Program-made: the position numbers and the translations under genes
Assembly: GCA_010202845.1 (NCBI GenBank)
Contig: CP047921.1
Span: 720,001-752,000 of the forward strand
Origin: Candidatus Saccharibacteria bacterium oral taxon 488
GTDB lineage: Bacteria; Patescibacteriota; Saccharimonadia; Saccharimonadales; Saccharimonadaceae
Reading direction: 5' to 3'
Length of the DNA stretch: 32,000 nt
Shown here: positions 1 to 8,416 of the stretch, one piece after another
Layout of the letters: each line of letters opens with the position of its first letter
How positions within the stretch are numbered: the first letter of the stretch is position 1
The notes under the pieces: model-generated
Databases searched by the model: none
The model's input: only the letters and a program-made list of their open reading frames with translations
What the model was told of the DNA's origin: nothing

Positions 1-129
1 GAGGAGCTGGAGCAGCAATGCTCACACTACATGCGTGAACTTGGTATCAAGGATACGGATTTAGTGGTTGGCTCGTATAGTGATTTGCTGGAGGGTGCAG
101 CTCTTTCCGAGTTAGCCGCAAACAATTGA
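1..129 (+). CDS. 3' end of an unidentified CDS entering from upstream of the window
   Basis: Frame +1 is open from base 1 to TGA at 127-129 (...ELGIKDTDLVVGSYSDLLEGAALSELAANN*). It is convergent with dnaK. 42 aa is too short to name a family. Confidence 0.35.
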   Translation, partial: EELEQQCSHYMRELGIKDTDLVVGSYSDLLEGAALSELAANN

Positions 130-160
130 CTAGTGACAGATAGCGTACACTGAGTTCACA

Positions 161-190
161 AGAATATAAAACTACCCCCGATAGAGGGGG
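161..190 (-). terminator. weak intrinsic terminator candidate downstream of dnaK
   Basis: CCCCC (175-179) / GGGGG (186-190) stem with a 6-nt loop. On the minus strand it is followed by TAGTTTTATATT. The stem is only 5 bp. Confidence 0.3.
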
Positions 191-218
191 CAGTTCATGT
201 TACGAGTTGGTGCCGAGA

Positions 219-2111
219 CTACTTCTCGTCAACCACCTCGCCCTCGACTGGCTCATCCTTGTCAGACTTTTTATCGTCCTTGGACTCATCAGTCTTGTTG
301 TCCTCAGCAGCTTGCTGATACATCTTGGCGCCGATTGGCATGATGGCATCCTGCAGTGCTTTGGCTGCTGCTTCCAGCTCGTCTTTGTCGTCAGCGTCTT
401 TGTGCTTTTCCGCTTCCTTAACCGCTTCGTCAATCGCCTTCTTGTCGTCGTCAGAAATCTTATCCTTAAACTCGTCTGGCATTTTCTTTGCCTGATAGAT
501 GGCGTTTTCTAGCTGGTTTTTGGCGTCAACCGTTTCACGCTTTTTCTTGTCCTCGTCAGCGTGTAGTTCGGCTTCTTTCTGGGCTTTTTCAATATCTTCC
601 TTACTCATGTTACCAGAGTTTTGGATGGTGATTGATTGCTCCTTGCCAGTACCCTTGTCCTTAGCCGTAACATTGAGGATGCCGTTAGCGTCGATATTGA
701 ACGTCACTTCAATCTGCGGCACGCCGCGCGGTGCTGGCGCGATGCCGTCAAGCACAAAACGACCCAAACTCTTGTTGTCATTGGCAAATTCGCGCTCACC
801 CTGCAAGACGTGAATCTCCACTTGCGGCTGGTTATCGGCAGCCGTCGAGAATACTTCGCTCTTGCTGGTCGGCACGGTGGTATTGCGCTCGATCAGCTTG
901 GTCGACACACCGCCCATCGTCTCGATACCAAGACTGAGCGGCGTCACGTCCAGCAGCAGCACGTCCTTGACGTCGCCTGCCAACACGCCGCCTTGAATAG
1001 CTGCACCGACAGCCACCACTTCGTCTGGATTGACTCCCTGCATCGGGTCTTTGCCAAACAATTTCTTCACCCGCTCGACCACTGCTGGCATACGGGTCAT
1101 ACCGCCAACCATGACGACATTATTGATGTCAGATTTGCTGAGTTTGGCGTCTTTGAGCGCCTTCTCGACCGGACCGTCCAAACGCGCCAACAAATCTTTC
1201 ACCAAATCTTCCAACTTCGCCCGCGTCAGGCTCAGTTCAAAGTGCTTTGGCCCATCAGCATCAGCGGTGATGAATGGAATGTTAACTTCGTATTCAGTGA
1301 CTGTCGATAGCTCCTTCTTGGCCTTTTCGGCTTCGTCCTTCAGGCGCTGCATGGCTGCATTGTCTTTGCGTAGGTCGATGCCTTCTTTAGACTTAAAGTC
1401 ATCCAGGAAATAGTTAACGATGATATTGTCAAAGTCCTCACCGCCCAGGTGAGTGTCGCCATTCGTGGCCTTCACCTCAAACACGCCGTCGCCCAATTCC
1501 AACACCGACACGTCGAAGGTACCACCGCCAAGGTCAAACACCACGATAGTTTCGTCATTTTTGCCTTTCTCCAGGCCGTACGCCAAAGCAGCGGCCGTCG
1601 GCTCATTAATGATGCGCTTAACTTCCAGGCCGGCGATTTTACCAGCGTCTTTGGTCGCCTGGCGCTGCGAATCGTCAAAGTAGGCTGGCACGGTGATGAC
1701 TGCTTCGGTGACTTTTTCGCCGAGGAACGCCTCGGCGTCGGCCTTGATTTTGCCGAGAATCATGGCTGAAACTTCTTCTGGCGTGTATTCCTTGCCACCC
1801 ATTTCCACGGCCACACCCGCACCTTTCTTGACGATCTTAAACGGCATGAGGCCACGGTCTTTTTGGACTTCTTTGTCATCAAACTTACGGCCAATAAAGC
1901 GCTTGACACCATAAATTGTATTCTTTGGATTAGTCACACGCTGACGCTGCGCCACTTGTCCGACCAAGCGTTCGCCCTTTTTATTAATCGCTACCACTGA
2001 TGGCGTGGTACGGTTACCCTCAGCATTAGCGATAACTTCCGGCTTGCCTGCCAGCATATACGCAAAAGCACTGTTGGTTGTACCGAGGTCAATTCCGATA
2101 ATTTTACCCAT
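219..2111 (-). CDS. dnaK: molecular chaperone DnaK (Hsp70)
   Basis: 630-aa ORF with Hsp70 signatures [19 protein letters not shown] and [16 protein letters not shown] Shine-Dalgarno lies upstream of the ATG. CIRCE operators lie upstream. Confidence 0.98.
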   Translation of the reverse strand: MGKIIGIDLGTTNSAFAYMLAGKPEVIANAEGNRTTPSVVAINKKGERLVGQVAQRQRVTNPKNTIYGVKRFIGRKFDDKEVQKDRGLMPFKIVKKGAGVAVEMGGKEYTPEEVSAMILGKIKADAEAFLGEKVTEAVITVPAYFDDSQRQATKDAGKIAGLEVKRIINEPTAAALAYGLEKGKNDETIVVFDLGGGTFDVSVLELGDGVFEVKATNGDTHLGGEDFDNIIVNYFLDDFKSKEGIDLRKDNAAMQRLKDEAEKAKKELSTVTEYEVNIPFITADADGPKHFELSLTRAKLEDLVKDLLARLDGPVEKALKDAKLSKSDINNVVMVGGMTRMPAVVERVKKLFGKDPMQGVNPDEVVAVGAAIQGGVLAGDVKDVLLLDVTPLSLGIETMGGVSTKLIERNTTVPTSKSEVFSTAADNQPQVEIHVLQGEREFANDNKSLGRFVLDGIAPAPRGVPQIEVTFNIDANGILNVTAKDKGTGKEQSITIQNSGNMSKEDIEKAQKEAELHADEDKKKRETVDAKNQLENAIYQAKKMPDEFKDKISDDDKKAIDEAVKEAEKHKDADDKDELEAAAKALQDAIMPIGAKMYQQAAEDNKTDESKDDKKSDKDEPVEGEVVDEK

Positions 2112-2163
2112 ATGATTCCCCTTTCTTTGTTATGATCACATCTGGTATTTGCTTATATTCATT

Positions 2164-2190
2164 TTAGCACTCTTTATTCACGAGTGCCAA
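2164..2190 (-). promoter_or_regulatory. CIRCE operator 1 (HrcA binding site) in the dnaK leader
   Basis: TTAGCACTC-N9-GAGTGCCAA, one mismatch to the consensus TTAGCACTC-N9-GAGTGCTAA. It lies between the putative -10 box and the dnaK start. Confidence 0.85.
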
Positions 2191-2197
2191 CTATTTC

Positions 2198-2226
2198 AGT
2201 ATAAATAATTAGCACTCCCGTGTCAA
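2198..2226 (-). promoter_or_regulatory. sigma-70-type promoter of dnaK (TTGACA-17-TATACT)
   Basis: On the minus strand, TTGACA (2221-2226) and TATACT (2198-2203) are separated by a 17-nt spacer. The -35 hexamer sits inside the spacer of CIRCE 2. Confidence 0.6.
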
Positions 2227-2235
2227 GAGTGCTAA
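2209..2235 (-). promoter_or_regulatory. CIRCE operator 2 (perfect consensus)
   Basis: TTAGCACTC-N9-GAGTGCTAA with a perfect 9-bp inverted repeat, overlapping the -35 of the dnaK promoter. Confidence 0.9.
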
Positions 2236-2254
2236 TTCATTTTGTGACGACTAA

Positions 2255-2779
2255 TTATTTCTCTGATGCGTCAGTATTTTCTTTGACATCCGCCCGCGTT
2301 GATTCCGATGACTGGCGCGTCACCTTAACCATCGCATCGCGAATCACCGCGCCGTCTAGCGTATAGCCAGCACGTAGTTCCTCAGCAATCACCTCTTTGT
2401 CGCCTTCGGCTTCTTCATCAAATTGAACGGCTTGATGCAGCTCAGGATTAAATAATGTGCCAGGTTTAGCGTTAATTTTCTCGAGGCCGATTTCCTTGAG
2501 TTGCTTGTCGAGTTGTTTACCCAGGCCAGCCACGCCTTTCGCCCACGGATTATCTTTCAGCTCCTCCGGCACATTGGCAATCGCCCGCTCAATCGTATCG
2601 ATCACTGGCAGCAGTTTCATCACCGACTTCGCCTGGCCCATTTGGTGTGCCGATTGCTTCTCCGCCTCCACGCGCTTGCGATAGTTCTCGAAATCCGCCC
2701 GCGTCCGCTGCAAATCCAGCGTCAACTCGCCCAATTGCTGCTCTAAATCTTCAGTTTTGTTAGCTTTATTCTTTGTCAT
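2255..2779 (-). CDS. grpE: nucleotide exchange factor GrpE
   Basis: GrpE-like coiled-coil N terminus, then LLPVIDTIERA and FNPELHQAV motifs. Start is set at ATG 2779 (MTKNKANK...) because AGGAGGAAAA lies just upstream. The longer 2917 start has no RBS and adds a non-GrpE extension. Confidence 0.93.
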   Translation of the reverse strand: MTKNKANKTEDLEQQLGELTLDLQRTRADFENYRKRVEAEKQSAHQMGQAKSVMKLLPVIDTIERAIANVPEELKDNPWAKGVAGLGKQLDKQLKEIGLEKINAKPGTLFNPELHQAVQFDEEAEGDKEVIAEELRAGYTLDGAVIRDAMVKVTRQSSESTRADVKENTDASEK

Positions 2780-2924
2780 TTTTTCCTCCTTCTGAACGGC
2801 CAAAACGGCTCGTGGCCATATGTGCAGGGGAAAAGCACGATCATAGCTATGAAAATAATAATCAAAATAATCACTACTAGCCACGTTGGCAAGCCGCTCA
2901 GTAGTCCACCAATCCACTCAGCCA

Positions 2925-3635
2925 TTACAATACCTCCTCTAACATCGCACCGGTTCGCCTAACCAGCTCCATCGTTCGACGGTAATTCTGCCGAGTCGGA
3001 CCGATCACACCGATGTAACTATTATTACTAAACTGTGAACAAAACCTACTAATAATCAACGTTGCTCCAGAACTTTTACCAATCGGATTTTCGCTGCCGA
3101 TAAACACATTCAGCGGCTGGTTCGGCGCTGCTTCACGTAGCCACGGCTCGATATTATCAATCAACCTGGCAATCGCCTGCACATGATCGCCCTCGACAAA
3201 CTCCGGCTGACTAAACAGCTGCGTCATGCCATTCATATACAAGTGCGTACCAAACGACGCAAAGCCAAAGTTACCCGTCAACTCCACCAAGCTGTCAACG
3301 GCGCTGCGAATTGCCCGGTCGGACGTATCAACGTGCGAATTAACATGCGCTTCGATCGCTCTCGCACTGCGATCGATGCCGCTCGGCAGCTCCGTCATCT
3401 GCGCGTCGGTGATGCCATTGACATAAAAGCGATAGCCCTTGTCGGTGGGAATGCGCCCAGCGCTGGTGTGTGGCGCCTCGATAAAACCCATCTCCTCGAG
3501 CTTGGCCATTTCGCTGCGAATCGTGGCGCTGGACACGCCAAACAACTTGGCCAGCGTCACGCTGCCAACTGGCGCCGCAATCTCGGCATATTGCTCAATG
3601 ATGGCAGCTAAAATCGCCTGTTGACGTTCGGTCAT
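2925..3635 (-). CDS. hrcA: heat-inducible transcription repressor HrcA (short, 236 aa)
   Basis: N-terminal winged-helix region (LTERQQAILAAIIEQY...VGSVTLAKLFGVSSATIRSEMAKLEEMGFIEAPHTSAGRIPTDKGYRFYV) and HrcA-type C terminus (GPTRQNYRRTMELV). Start is set at ATG 3635 because the CIRCE and -10 box overlap the 3662 alternative. Confidence 0.9.
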   Translation of the reverse strand: MTERQQAILAAIIEQYAEIAAPVGSVTLAKLFGVSSATIRSEMAKLEEMGFIEAPHTSAGRIPTDKGYRFYVNGITDAQMTELPSGIDRSARAIEAHVNSHVDTSDRAIRSAVDSLVELTGNFGFASFGTHLYMNGMTQLFSQPEFVEGDHVQAIARLIDNIEPWLREAAPNQPLNVFIGSENPIGKSSGATLIISRFCSQFSNNSYIGVIGPTRQNYRRTMELVRRTGAMLEEVL

Positions 3636-3641
3636 AGGCTC

Positions 3642-3682
3642 ATTGTAGCATGAATCTGGCACTCATCGCAAGCGAGTGCTAA
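3642..3682 (-). promoter_or_regulatory. CIRCE operator 3 plus extended -10 promoter of hrcA-grpE (apparently leaderless)
   Basis: On the minus strand, TTAGCACTC-N9-GAGTGCCAG spans 3656-3682. TGCTACAAT (3642-3650) lies 6 nt upstream of ATG 3635, with TTGCGA inside the CIRCE spacer as a possible -35. The CIRCE overlaps the stop codon of the upstream gene. Confidence 0.75.
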
Positions 3683-5079
3683 TGCGACCTTGCCGCGCGC
3701 CTGGCCTGGCTACGTGCTCGCGTAAATCGCCTGGCGGCGTCTGACGAAAACATTAGCACCGCTACAATATTCAGCCCGATGAACAGCAGCATACTGGCTG
3801 TCGACCAGGTTATCTTGCCGATGGTCAAGGTGAATGAGTTAGCGATAACCGCCAGCCCGGATATCATCATCAATACCAGCCGCAATCGATTACTACCGCT
3901 AAATGTCCGACTCACCAGCACGATGGTTGTAATCACCCACACCACGCCAATGATAATCGACGAACCAATCAGCCAATTAGCAATCACCGCCGCGTCATTC
4001 ACCTGACCATCCACCATCAGCTCAGCCACCATCTGGCTGTGAAATTGGTCAATCGCAAGTAACTCAACAACGGTGTTGATGATACTGACCGCCAGCGCCG
4101 CAAACATTGCCACCACGCCAAACGCAATCTGTGGCGGTCGCCGACTCCAAAATTGCTGTATCAATGTATCGTGCGCCACCGGCATTACCTCGTGCGAAGT
4201 AGCATCGAGAATCACCTCGTCGCGCTCCTCTATCAAGGACTGGTTGGCGCGCACTCGCCCGACCTCAAGCACTGGCAGATCGCCATCGGTCTGAATGGTG
4301 TCGCCGCCACCGTTACGCGAATGATACCCGGTGGAAAAATCTTTCAGAGTGGTCACCCCGATCGAGGCTCGCGCCTTGAGCGCTGACTGGACGATATAAT
4401 CCCGCTCAATGTCAGTATTCTCATCAATCTTATGGGTAATCTGCAGTGTGAACAGGCTAAAGCCAACACTTCTATCGTACGTTCCCGCCGCCAGCCAATC
4501 CACCCGATGACCGCCCGGCAGCAGCCAGCCCTGTGGGCAACGCCAGAAACGCACGTGATGGCGCTTGCCGGGATTACCGTCAACTTCCTGCTGGTAGGTA
4601 AAGTCCTGCCACCGACCAAATAAAAACAGTGATGAAACTGGCGCCTGCGGATAGCTACGCCGCGTCAGGGTCGCTACTATCATCCGCCACGATGAACGCA
4701 CCGTAATCTCTTCTGCCAACGTCCAGCCAGCCGCGGTCATCGCTTGATGGACCTGTGCCTCCGAGCCGCGCAAGGCTAGATTAACTGGATCACCTAGCAG
4801 TCCGTCTGCCGTCCGTGTCCGCCCGATGAAATAATTCGGTACGTATAGACTACTCAGGATACGATGCAGCCGCGGCAGTGCCAGGTAAGCCGTAATCAGC
4901 CACACCACTATAAACAACCCGACCATCCACCAGCCGCCCGAATGCCAGCCCTCGCGCCACACGAGCCACGCCAGCCAGAACGATGCCGCACCGGCTAATA
5001 AGAAAAAGATCTGGTCAAGCAACCCCGACAACGACCAAAACGGTCGCCTGAGCGAAAACGACGACTTCTTCGTCGCCAT
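3679..5079 (-). CDS. membrane protein with LssY-like C-terminal-type domain
   Basis: 466 aa. Two N-terminal TM helices are followed by a soluble region (GDPVNLALRGSEAQVHQAMTAAGWTLAE...HHVRFW...) that I recognise as the LssY_C family pattern, then four C-terminal TM helices. The start abuts the stop of the upstream gene (5080/5079). Confidence 0.6.
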   Translation of the reverse strand: MATKKSSFSLRRPFWSLSGLLDQIFFLLAGAASFWLAWLVWREGWHSGGWWMVGLFIVVWLITAYLALPRLHRILSSLYVPNYFIGRTRTADGLLGDPVNLALRGSEAQVHQAMTAAGWTLAEEITVRSSWRMIVATLTRRSYPQAPVSSLFLFGRWQDFTYQQEVDGNPGKRHHVRFWRCPQGWLLPGGHRVDWLAAGTYDRSVGFSLFTLQITHKIDENTDIERDYIVQSALKARASIGVTTLKDFSTGYHSRNGGGDTIQTDGDLPVLEVGRVRANQSLIEERDEVILDATSHEVMPVAHDTLIQQFWSRRPPQIAFGVVAMFAALAVSIINTVVELLAIDQFHSQMVAELMVDGQVNDAAVIANWLIGSSIIIGVVWVITTIVLVSRTFSGSNRLRLVLMMISGLAVIANSFTLTIGKITWSTASMLLFIGLNIVAVLMFSSDAARRFTRARSQARRAARSH

Positions 5080-5799
5080 CTAGGCTGCGTCCTCACCCAT
5101 CAAATAATCAAGGAGATCCCGCGCTATCAACCGCGCCTCATCATCACGCCGATTAAACACGTCACCGCGCTCAATAATTTCGCCGCAAACCCGCACCGCT
5201 CGAGTCAAATCATCATTGATAATCACGTGGTAATACGGTACTTCCAGCGCATGACTGAGCTCGGCGATGGCCGACTGGCGGCGCTTCGGCCAGGCCGTTT
5301 GAAATTCTGCTTCCGTCGCGTACCGCTGCTTTAATCGCTCCAGCCATGTCGGATAATCCGGCGGCACGATAAAGATAGCTATACAGCCCGGTGCCAATTG
5401 CTCATACTCAGCCACGCCCTGTACGTCAATGTCGGTGATCGCCGTCTGCTGATGATCGTGCGCCAACTGCAGCTCGGCTGTCGAGGTACCATACACCTTG
5501 CCGTGAACGAACTTGGCCTCAATGAACTGATGGTGTTCGAGCATGGTTAGTGCGGTTGCTTGATCAATAAAATAATAATCAACGCCGTCGCGCTCTGGCT
5601 GACCGTTATTTGCCCGTGGCTCCCGCGTGGTGTGCGACACGATATCGCGAAATGACGGTGATCGCAATAACCGCCTTTTAATCGTATCCTTGCCCGCGCC
5701 GGAAATACCGGTTAGCAGTGCAATTTTAGTATCTCGCACCAGCGCTACGGCCGCTTCGGTCGGCCGGTACCCCCTGATGACACGTTCAAGATCTGACAT
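5080..5799 (-). CDS. guanylate kinase-like P-loop kinase
   Basis: P-loop GISGAGKDT, SHTTREPR...GVDYYFI and HGKVYGTS motifs match the guanylate kinase family. It has extra N- and C-terminal tails (239 aa), so I do not call it the housekeeping gmk. Confidence 0.7.
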   Translation of the reverse strand: MSDLERVIRGYRPTEAAVALVRDTKIALLTGISGAGKDTIKRRLLRSPSFRDIVSHTTREPRANNGQPERDGVDYYFIDQATALTMLEHHQFIEAKFVHGKVYGTSTAELQLAHDHQQTAITDIDVQGVAEYEQLAPGCIAIFIVPPDYPTWLERLKQRYATEAEFQTAWPKRRQSAIAELSHALEVPYYHVIINDDLTRAVRVCGEIIERGDVFNRRDDEARLIARDLLDYLMGEDAA

Positions 5800-5805
5800 A
5801 TGAGT

Positions 5806-5814
5806 ATTATACCA
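5806..5814 (-). promoter_or_regulatory. extended -10 box TGGTATAAT, 6 nt upstream of ATG 5799 (leaderless)
   Basis: The minus strand reads TGGTATAAT-ACTCAT-ATG, with no Shine-Dalgarno. Confidence 0.5.
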
Positions 5815-5851
5815 GATTATTGACTAAGCTTCCGGGGGCAGCTGCGACTTC

Positions 5852-6808
5852 TTATCTATGCACCATGTCCATCGCCCGAATATGCGGTGGACGATGCGTT
5901 AGCTGAGGGCGGCGAGACGGCACAGCGATGTGAGCACGGGAATGAGCGGTGGCTTGTGGGTGGGTCAGCTCCTTTGGCTGCGGTGGTAATTTTGGCTGGG
6001 TTGGCAGCTGATGCGGTTGGGATAGCGGGCGCTTGACAGTCGATTGCGTATCAGCATGCGGCGTACTGGCACGAGGACTAGTATGCGGGCGGCAAGTGGT
6101 TGGTTTGGACGCCGCTTGGGGCGCTGTAACTGATGGTTGGTTTGGACGCCGAGATGACGCAGCGGCTACGGGATTAAGCGGACGAGTCGGGCTCGAAGGC
6201 TGAGATGAAAGCGGCGGCTTCGTCAGCGGCGGGTGTGGCGGATGTGATGAGAGCGGCTTGACTGGCTGAGCCTTGACGGAAGAAAGTTTGTTGAGCGGGC
6301 GCTTGGCCGGAGCTGGCACCAAAGCAGTGGGCTTGATCAGTGAAGCGCGTGACGGTGAGAGGGCATGCTTTGGCGGCTGGGGCTTGACGGACGGCTTGGT
6401 AAATGATGCGCTTCGCGAGCGCTGGACGCTACGCGGCGGCATAATGTCATGAAAGACTGCCGGTTTTTTAGGGTGAGGTTTAGCCGGCAGATTGGGAGCG
6501 GGAGTCTTTTGAGGAGCGGCAGAACGCGAGCGAGGTAACTGAGTAGAAGGTTGTGGTGGCACAATGCGAGACGCAGCCGAAGAACGAGCTGACTGCGCGG
6601 CTACAGTTTGCCGTTGAATACTATGACGCCGAGCCGGAGCAGCCGCAGAGTGAGGAGAGTGTGGCGTGGGCGGCGCAAAAGACGCCTGCGCGGCCGCTGG
6701 GCGCTGACGCGACACTGATGCTTCCGCGTCAACATCTGATACCTCGCCCTTACGACGGTTGCCGAGCCGAGCTTTTTTGAATAGCTTCATCAACTTCATC
6801 AGCGCCAC
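5852..6808 (-). CDS. Pro/Ser/Ala-rich, highly basic low-complexity protein (hypothetical)
   Basis: 318-aa ORF. AAGGA lies upstream of GTG 6808, with an alternative ATG at 6799. There is no TM helix or signal peptide. About 280 aa are P/S/A/K/R/Q-rich and no domain is recognisable. Confidence 0.5.
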   Translation of the reverse strand: MALMKLMKLFKKARLGNRRKGEVSDVDAEASVSRQRPAAAQASFAPPTPHSPHSAAAPARRHSIQRQTVAAQSARSSAASRIVPPQPSTQLPRSRSAAPQKTPAPNLPAKPHPKKPAVFHDIMPPRSVQRSRSASFTKPSVKPQPPKHALSPSRASLIKPTALVPAPAKRPLNKLSSVKAQPVKPLSSHPPHPPLTKPPLSSQPSSPTRPLNPVAAASSRRPNQPSVTAPQAASKPTTCRPHTSPRASTPHADTQSTVKRPLSQPHQLPTQPKLPPQPKELTHPQATAHSRAHIAVPSRRPQLTHRPPHIRAMDMVHR

Positions 6809-6942
6809 CTCATCCTTTGGGAGATGTCGATACCGAAAATGATTACGGTCAGCTGGTCGATATGACTCTCCTTCCTCTGATTGATTCTGTCACCATTATA
6901 CCGGTTATGCTCAGTGATTTCAAGCGGCCAACCGCTCAGCCG

Positions 6943-7401
6943 CTAGAGCAGCTCATCCAGCACTGATTGCCAGTCAGGAAACTGCGGAGTACCGAAATGG
7001 ATGTGCCAGCCAACAAACTCAGCAGCACCCCTGGCCGTCCGATCATCAATCAAGATATCACCCCGGCTCAACTGTTTGACCGACGAAAAGATAACCTTAC
7101 GATAGAAAATATTTTCCTGACCATCGCCGCCAAAATACCGTTTCACCCACGCCAGCTTATCACCCAACGCCGTCGGATTTTCCCATGGTGATGACGACAG
7201 GATGTATAGATCATACTTTTCCTTCAGCTTATCAACCGCCTCAAGGGCGCCCGGCATCGGATCCATCAATGCAAAAACACCCGGAATATTGTCATACTCA
7301 CCCGCAAACTTCTCCAGCATCTCAGGCGGAACCTTCGTCAAAGCCGACGTAAAATCCACGAGTACACCGTCCATATCAAGGTAAATAATTGGTTTCTTCA
7401 T
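6943..7401 (-). CDS. 5'(3')-deoxyribonucleotidase (NT5C-type HAD phosphatase)
   Basis: HAD motif I YLDMDGVLVDF and an overall NT5C-like layout. Start is set at ATG 7401, with AGAGGGA 7 nt upstream inside the lepA 3' end. Confidence 0.75.
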   Translation of the reverse strand: MKKPIIYLDMDGVLVDFTSALTKVPPEMLEKFAGEYDNIPGVFALMDPMPGALEAVDKLKEKYDLYILSSSPWENPTALGDKLAWVKRYFGGDGQENIFYRKVIFSSVKQLSRGDILIDDRTARGAAEFVGWHIHFGTPQFPDWQSVLDELL

Positions 7402-7403
7402 AA

Positions 7404-8366
7404 TCAATCCCTCTTTAACATCACCATAAACGCTTCTGATGGAATGTCAACCTTGCCAAAGCGTTTCATGCGCTTTTTGCCGCGAGCTTGTTTGGCGAGA
7501 AGTTTCTTTTTTCGGCTGACATCGCCGCCGTAGAGGTAGCCGGTGACATCTTTGCGGTAAGCACCGATGTTTTCGCGAGCGATGAATTTGCCGCCAATTG
7601 CTGCCTGCAGTGCCACCTCAAAGCTCTGACGCGGCACCACGTCTTTCAGCTTTTTGACGATCTCACGACCCAAACCTGGCGCCTCCGAGCGGTGACACAT
7701 GACGCTCAGCGCATCAACCATTTCACCCGCCACGTAGAAATCCACCCGCACCAAATCTTCCGGCTGATAGCCCGCCAGTTCATAATTAAACGAGCCGTAG
7801 CCGCTGGTTACCGACTTCAATTGATCATAAAAATCCGTCAGCAAATTGGCCAGCGGTGCCGTAAACGAAATCAGTGCCCGCTCGTCGATGTAACTGAGGT
7901 TTTTTTGCCGACCGCGCTTGGCGACAATCAGCTGAATCACCGCACCGATATAGTCCTGCGGCACCACAATCTCACCATCAATCCACGGCTCGCGAACCTC
8001 GGTGATCTGCACTGGATCGGGCAATTCGCTGGCTGACTTGATGTCCAGCTCCTCGCCGTTGGTGAGGCTAACTTGGTAATCCGTGCTCGGATTGGTGACA
8101 ATAAGATCCAGATTATACTCACGCTCCAGCCGCTCACGAATAATATCCATGTGTAGCAGCCCCAAAAAGCCAATCCGCACACCATACCCCAACACTGGTG
8201 AATTCTCCGGCTCAAACTGCAGCGCCGAATCGCTCAGACTCAGCTTTTCAATAGCCTCCTTCAGATCATTGTAATCTTCGTTGGACACCGGGAAAAAGCC
8301 CGCGTAGACGAAGGGCTTGACTTCTTTGTAGCCGGGCAGGGGCTGGACGGTGATTTTTTCAGTCAT
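7404..8366 (-). CDS. lepA: elongation factor 4 (LepA), C-terminal half (domains III, V and the LepA C-terminal domain) as a separate ORF
   Basis: MTEKITVQPLPGYKEVKPFVYAGFFPVS...GFLGLLHMDIIRERLEREYNLDLI...GGDVSRKKKLLAKQARGKKRMK is colinear with E. coli LepA from ...[23 protein letters not shown] to the end. The G domain and domain II are missing; they are encoded at 19789-20865. Confidence 0.92.
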   Translation of the reverse strand: MTEKITVQPLPGYKEVKPFVYAGFFPVSNEDYNDLKEAIEKLSLSDSALQFEPENSPVLGYGVRIGFLGLLHMDIIRERLEREYNLDLIVTNPSTDYQVSLTNGEELDIKSASELPDPVQITEVREPWIDGEIVVPQDYIGAVIQLIVAKRGRQKNLSYIDERALISFTAPLANLLTDFYDQLKSVTSGYGSFNYELAGYQPEDLVRVDFYVAGEMVDALSVMCHRSEAPGLGREIVKKLKDVVPRQSFEVALQAAIGGKFIARENIGAYRKDVTGYLYGGDVSRKKKLLAKQARGKKRMKRFGKVDIPSEAFMVMLKRD

Positions 8367-8377
8367 AACTGCCTACT

Positions 8378-8386
8378 ATTATATCA
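8378..8386 (-). promoter_or_regulatory. extended -10 box TGATATAAT, 11 nt upstream of the lepA C-half ATG
   Basis: The minus strand reads TGATATAAT-AGTAGGCAGTT-ATG(8366). This is the same motif class as other apparently leaderless genes in the window. Confidence 0.4.
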
Positions 8387-8411
8387 GTTGAGCGTTTACC
8401 TACTCAACTGA
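8384..8411 (-). terminator. hairpin after the 803-aa gene
   Basis: TCAGTTGAG (8384-8392) / CTCAACTGA (8403-8411) form a perfect 9-bp stem with a 10-nt loop, 5 nt downstream of the stop at 8417-8419. There is no clear U-tract. Confidence 0.35.
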
Positions 8412-8416
8412 TCGCG

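Noticed and set aside
207-1914. Plus-strand ORFs of 60-224 aa inside dnaK (for example 207-512, 636-1310, 1030-1413, 1449-1769).
   Set aside because: They are antisense shadow ORFs of a highly conserved Hsp70 gene. Their translations are low-complexity or Cys/Arg/His-rich and they have no start signals. The same reasoning applies to the antisense ORFs inside hrcA, the LssY-like gene, lepA, murJ, ftsH, tilS and the island genes.
2780-2917. Long form of grpE starting at 2917 (MDWWTTERLANV...).
   Set aside because: The extension is not GrpE-like. AGGAGGAAAA lies directly upstream of the internal ATG at 2779.
3636-3662. hrcA start at 3662 (MPDSCYNEP...).
   Set aside because: This start would lie inside the CIRCE operator and upstream of the TGCTACAAT box that is 6 nt from ATG 3635.
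5080-5799. Calling the P-loop kinase the housekeeping gmk.
   Set aside because: The motifs fit the guanylate kinase family. However, the P-loop variant (GISGAGKDT), the extra termini and the operon with an LssY-like membrane protein leave the substrate uncertain, so the gene symbol is withheld.
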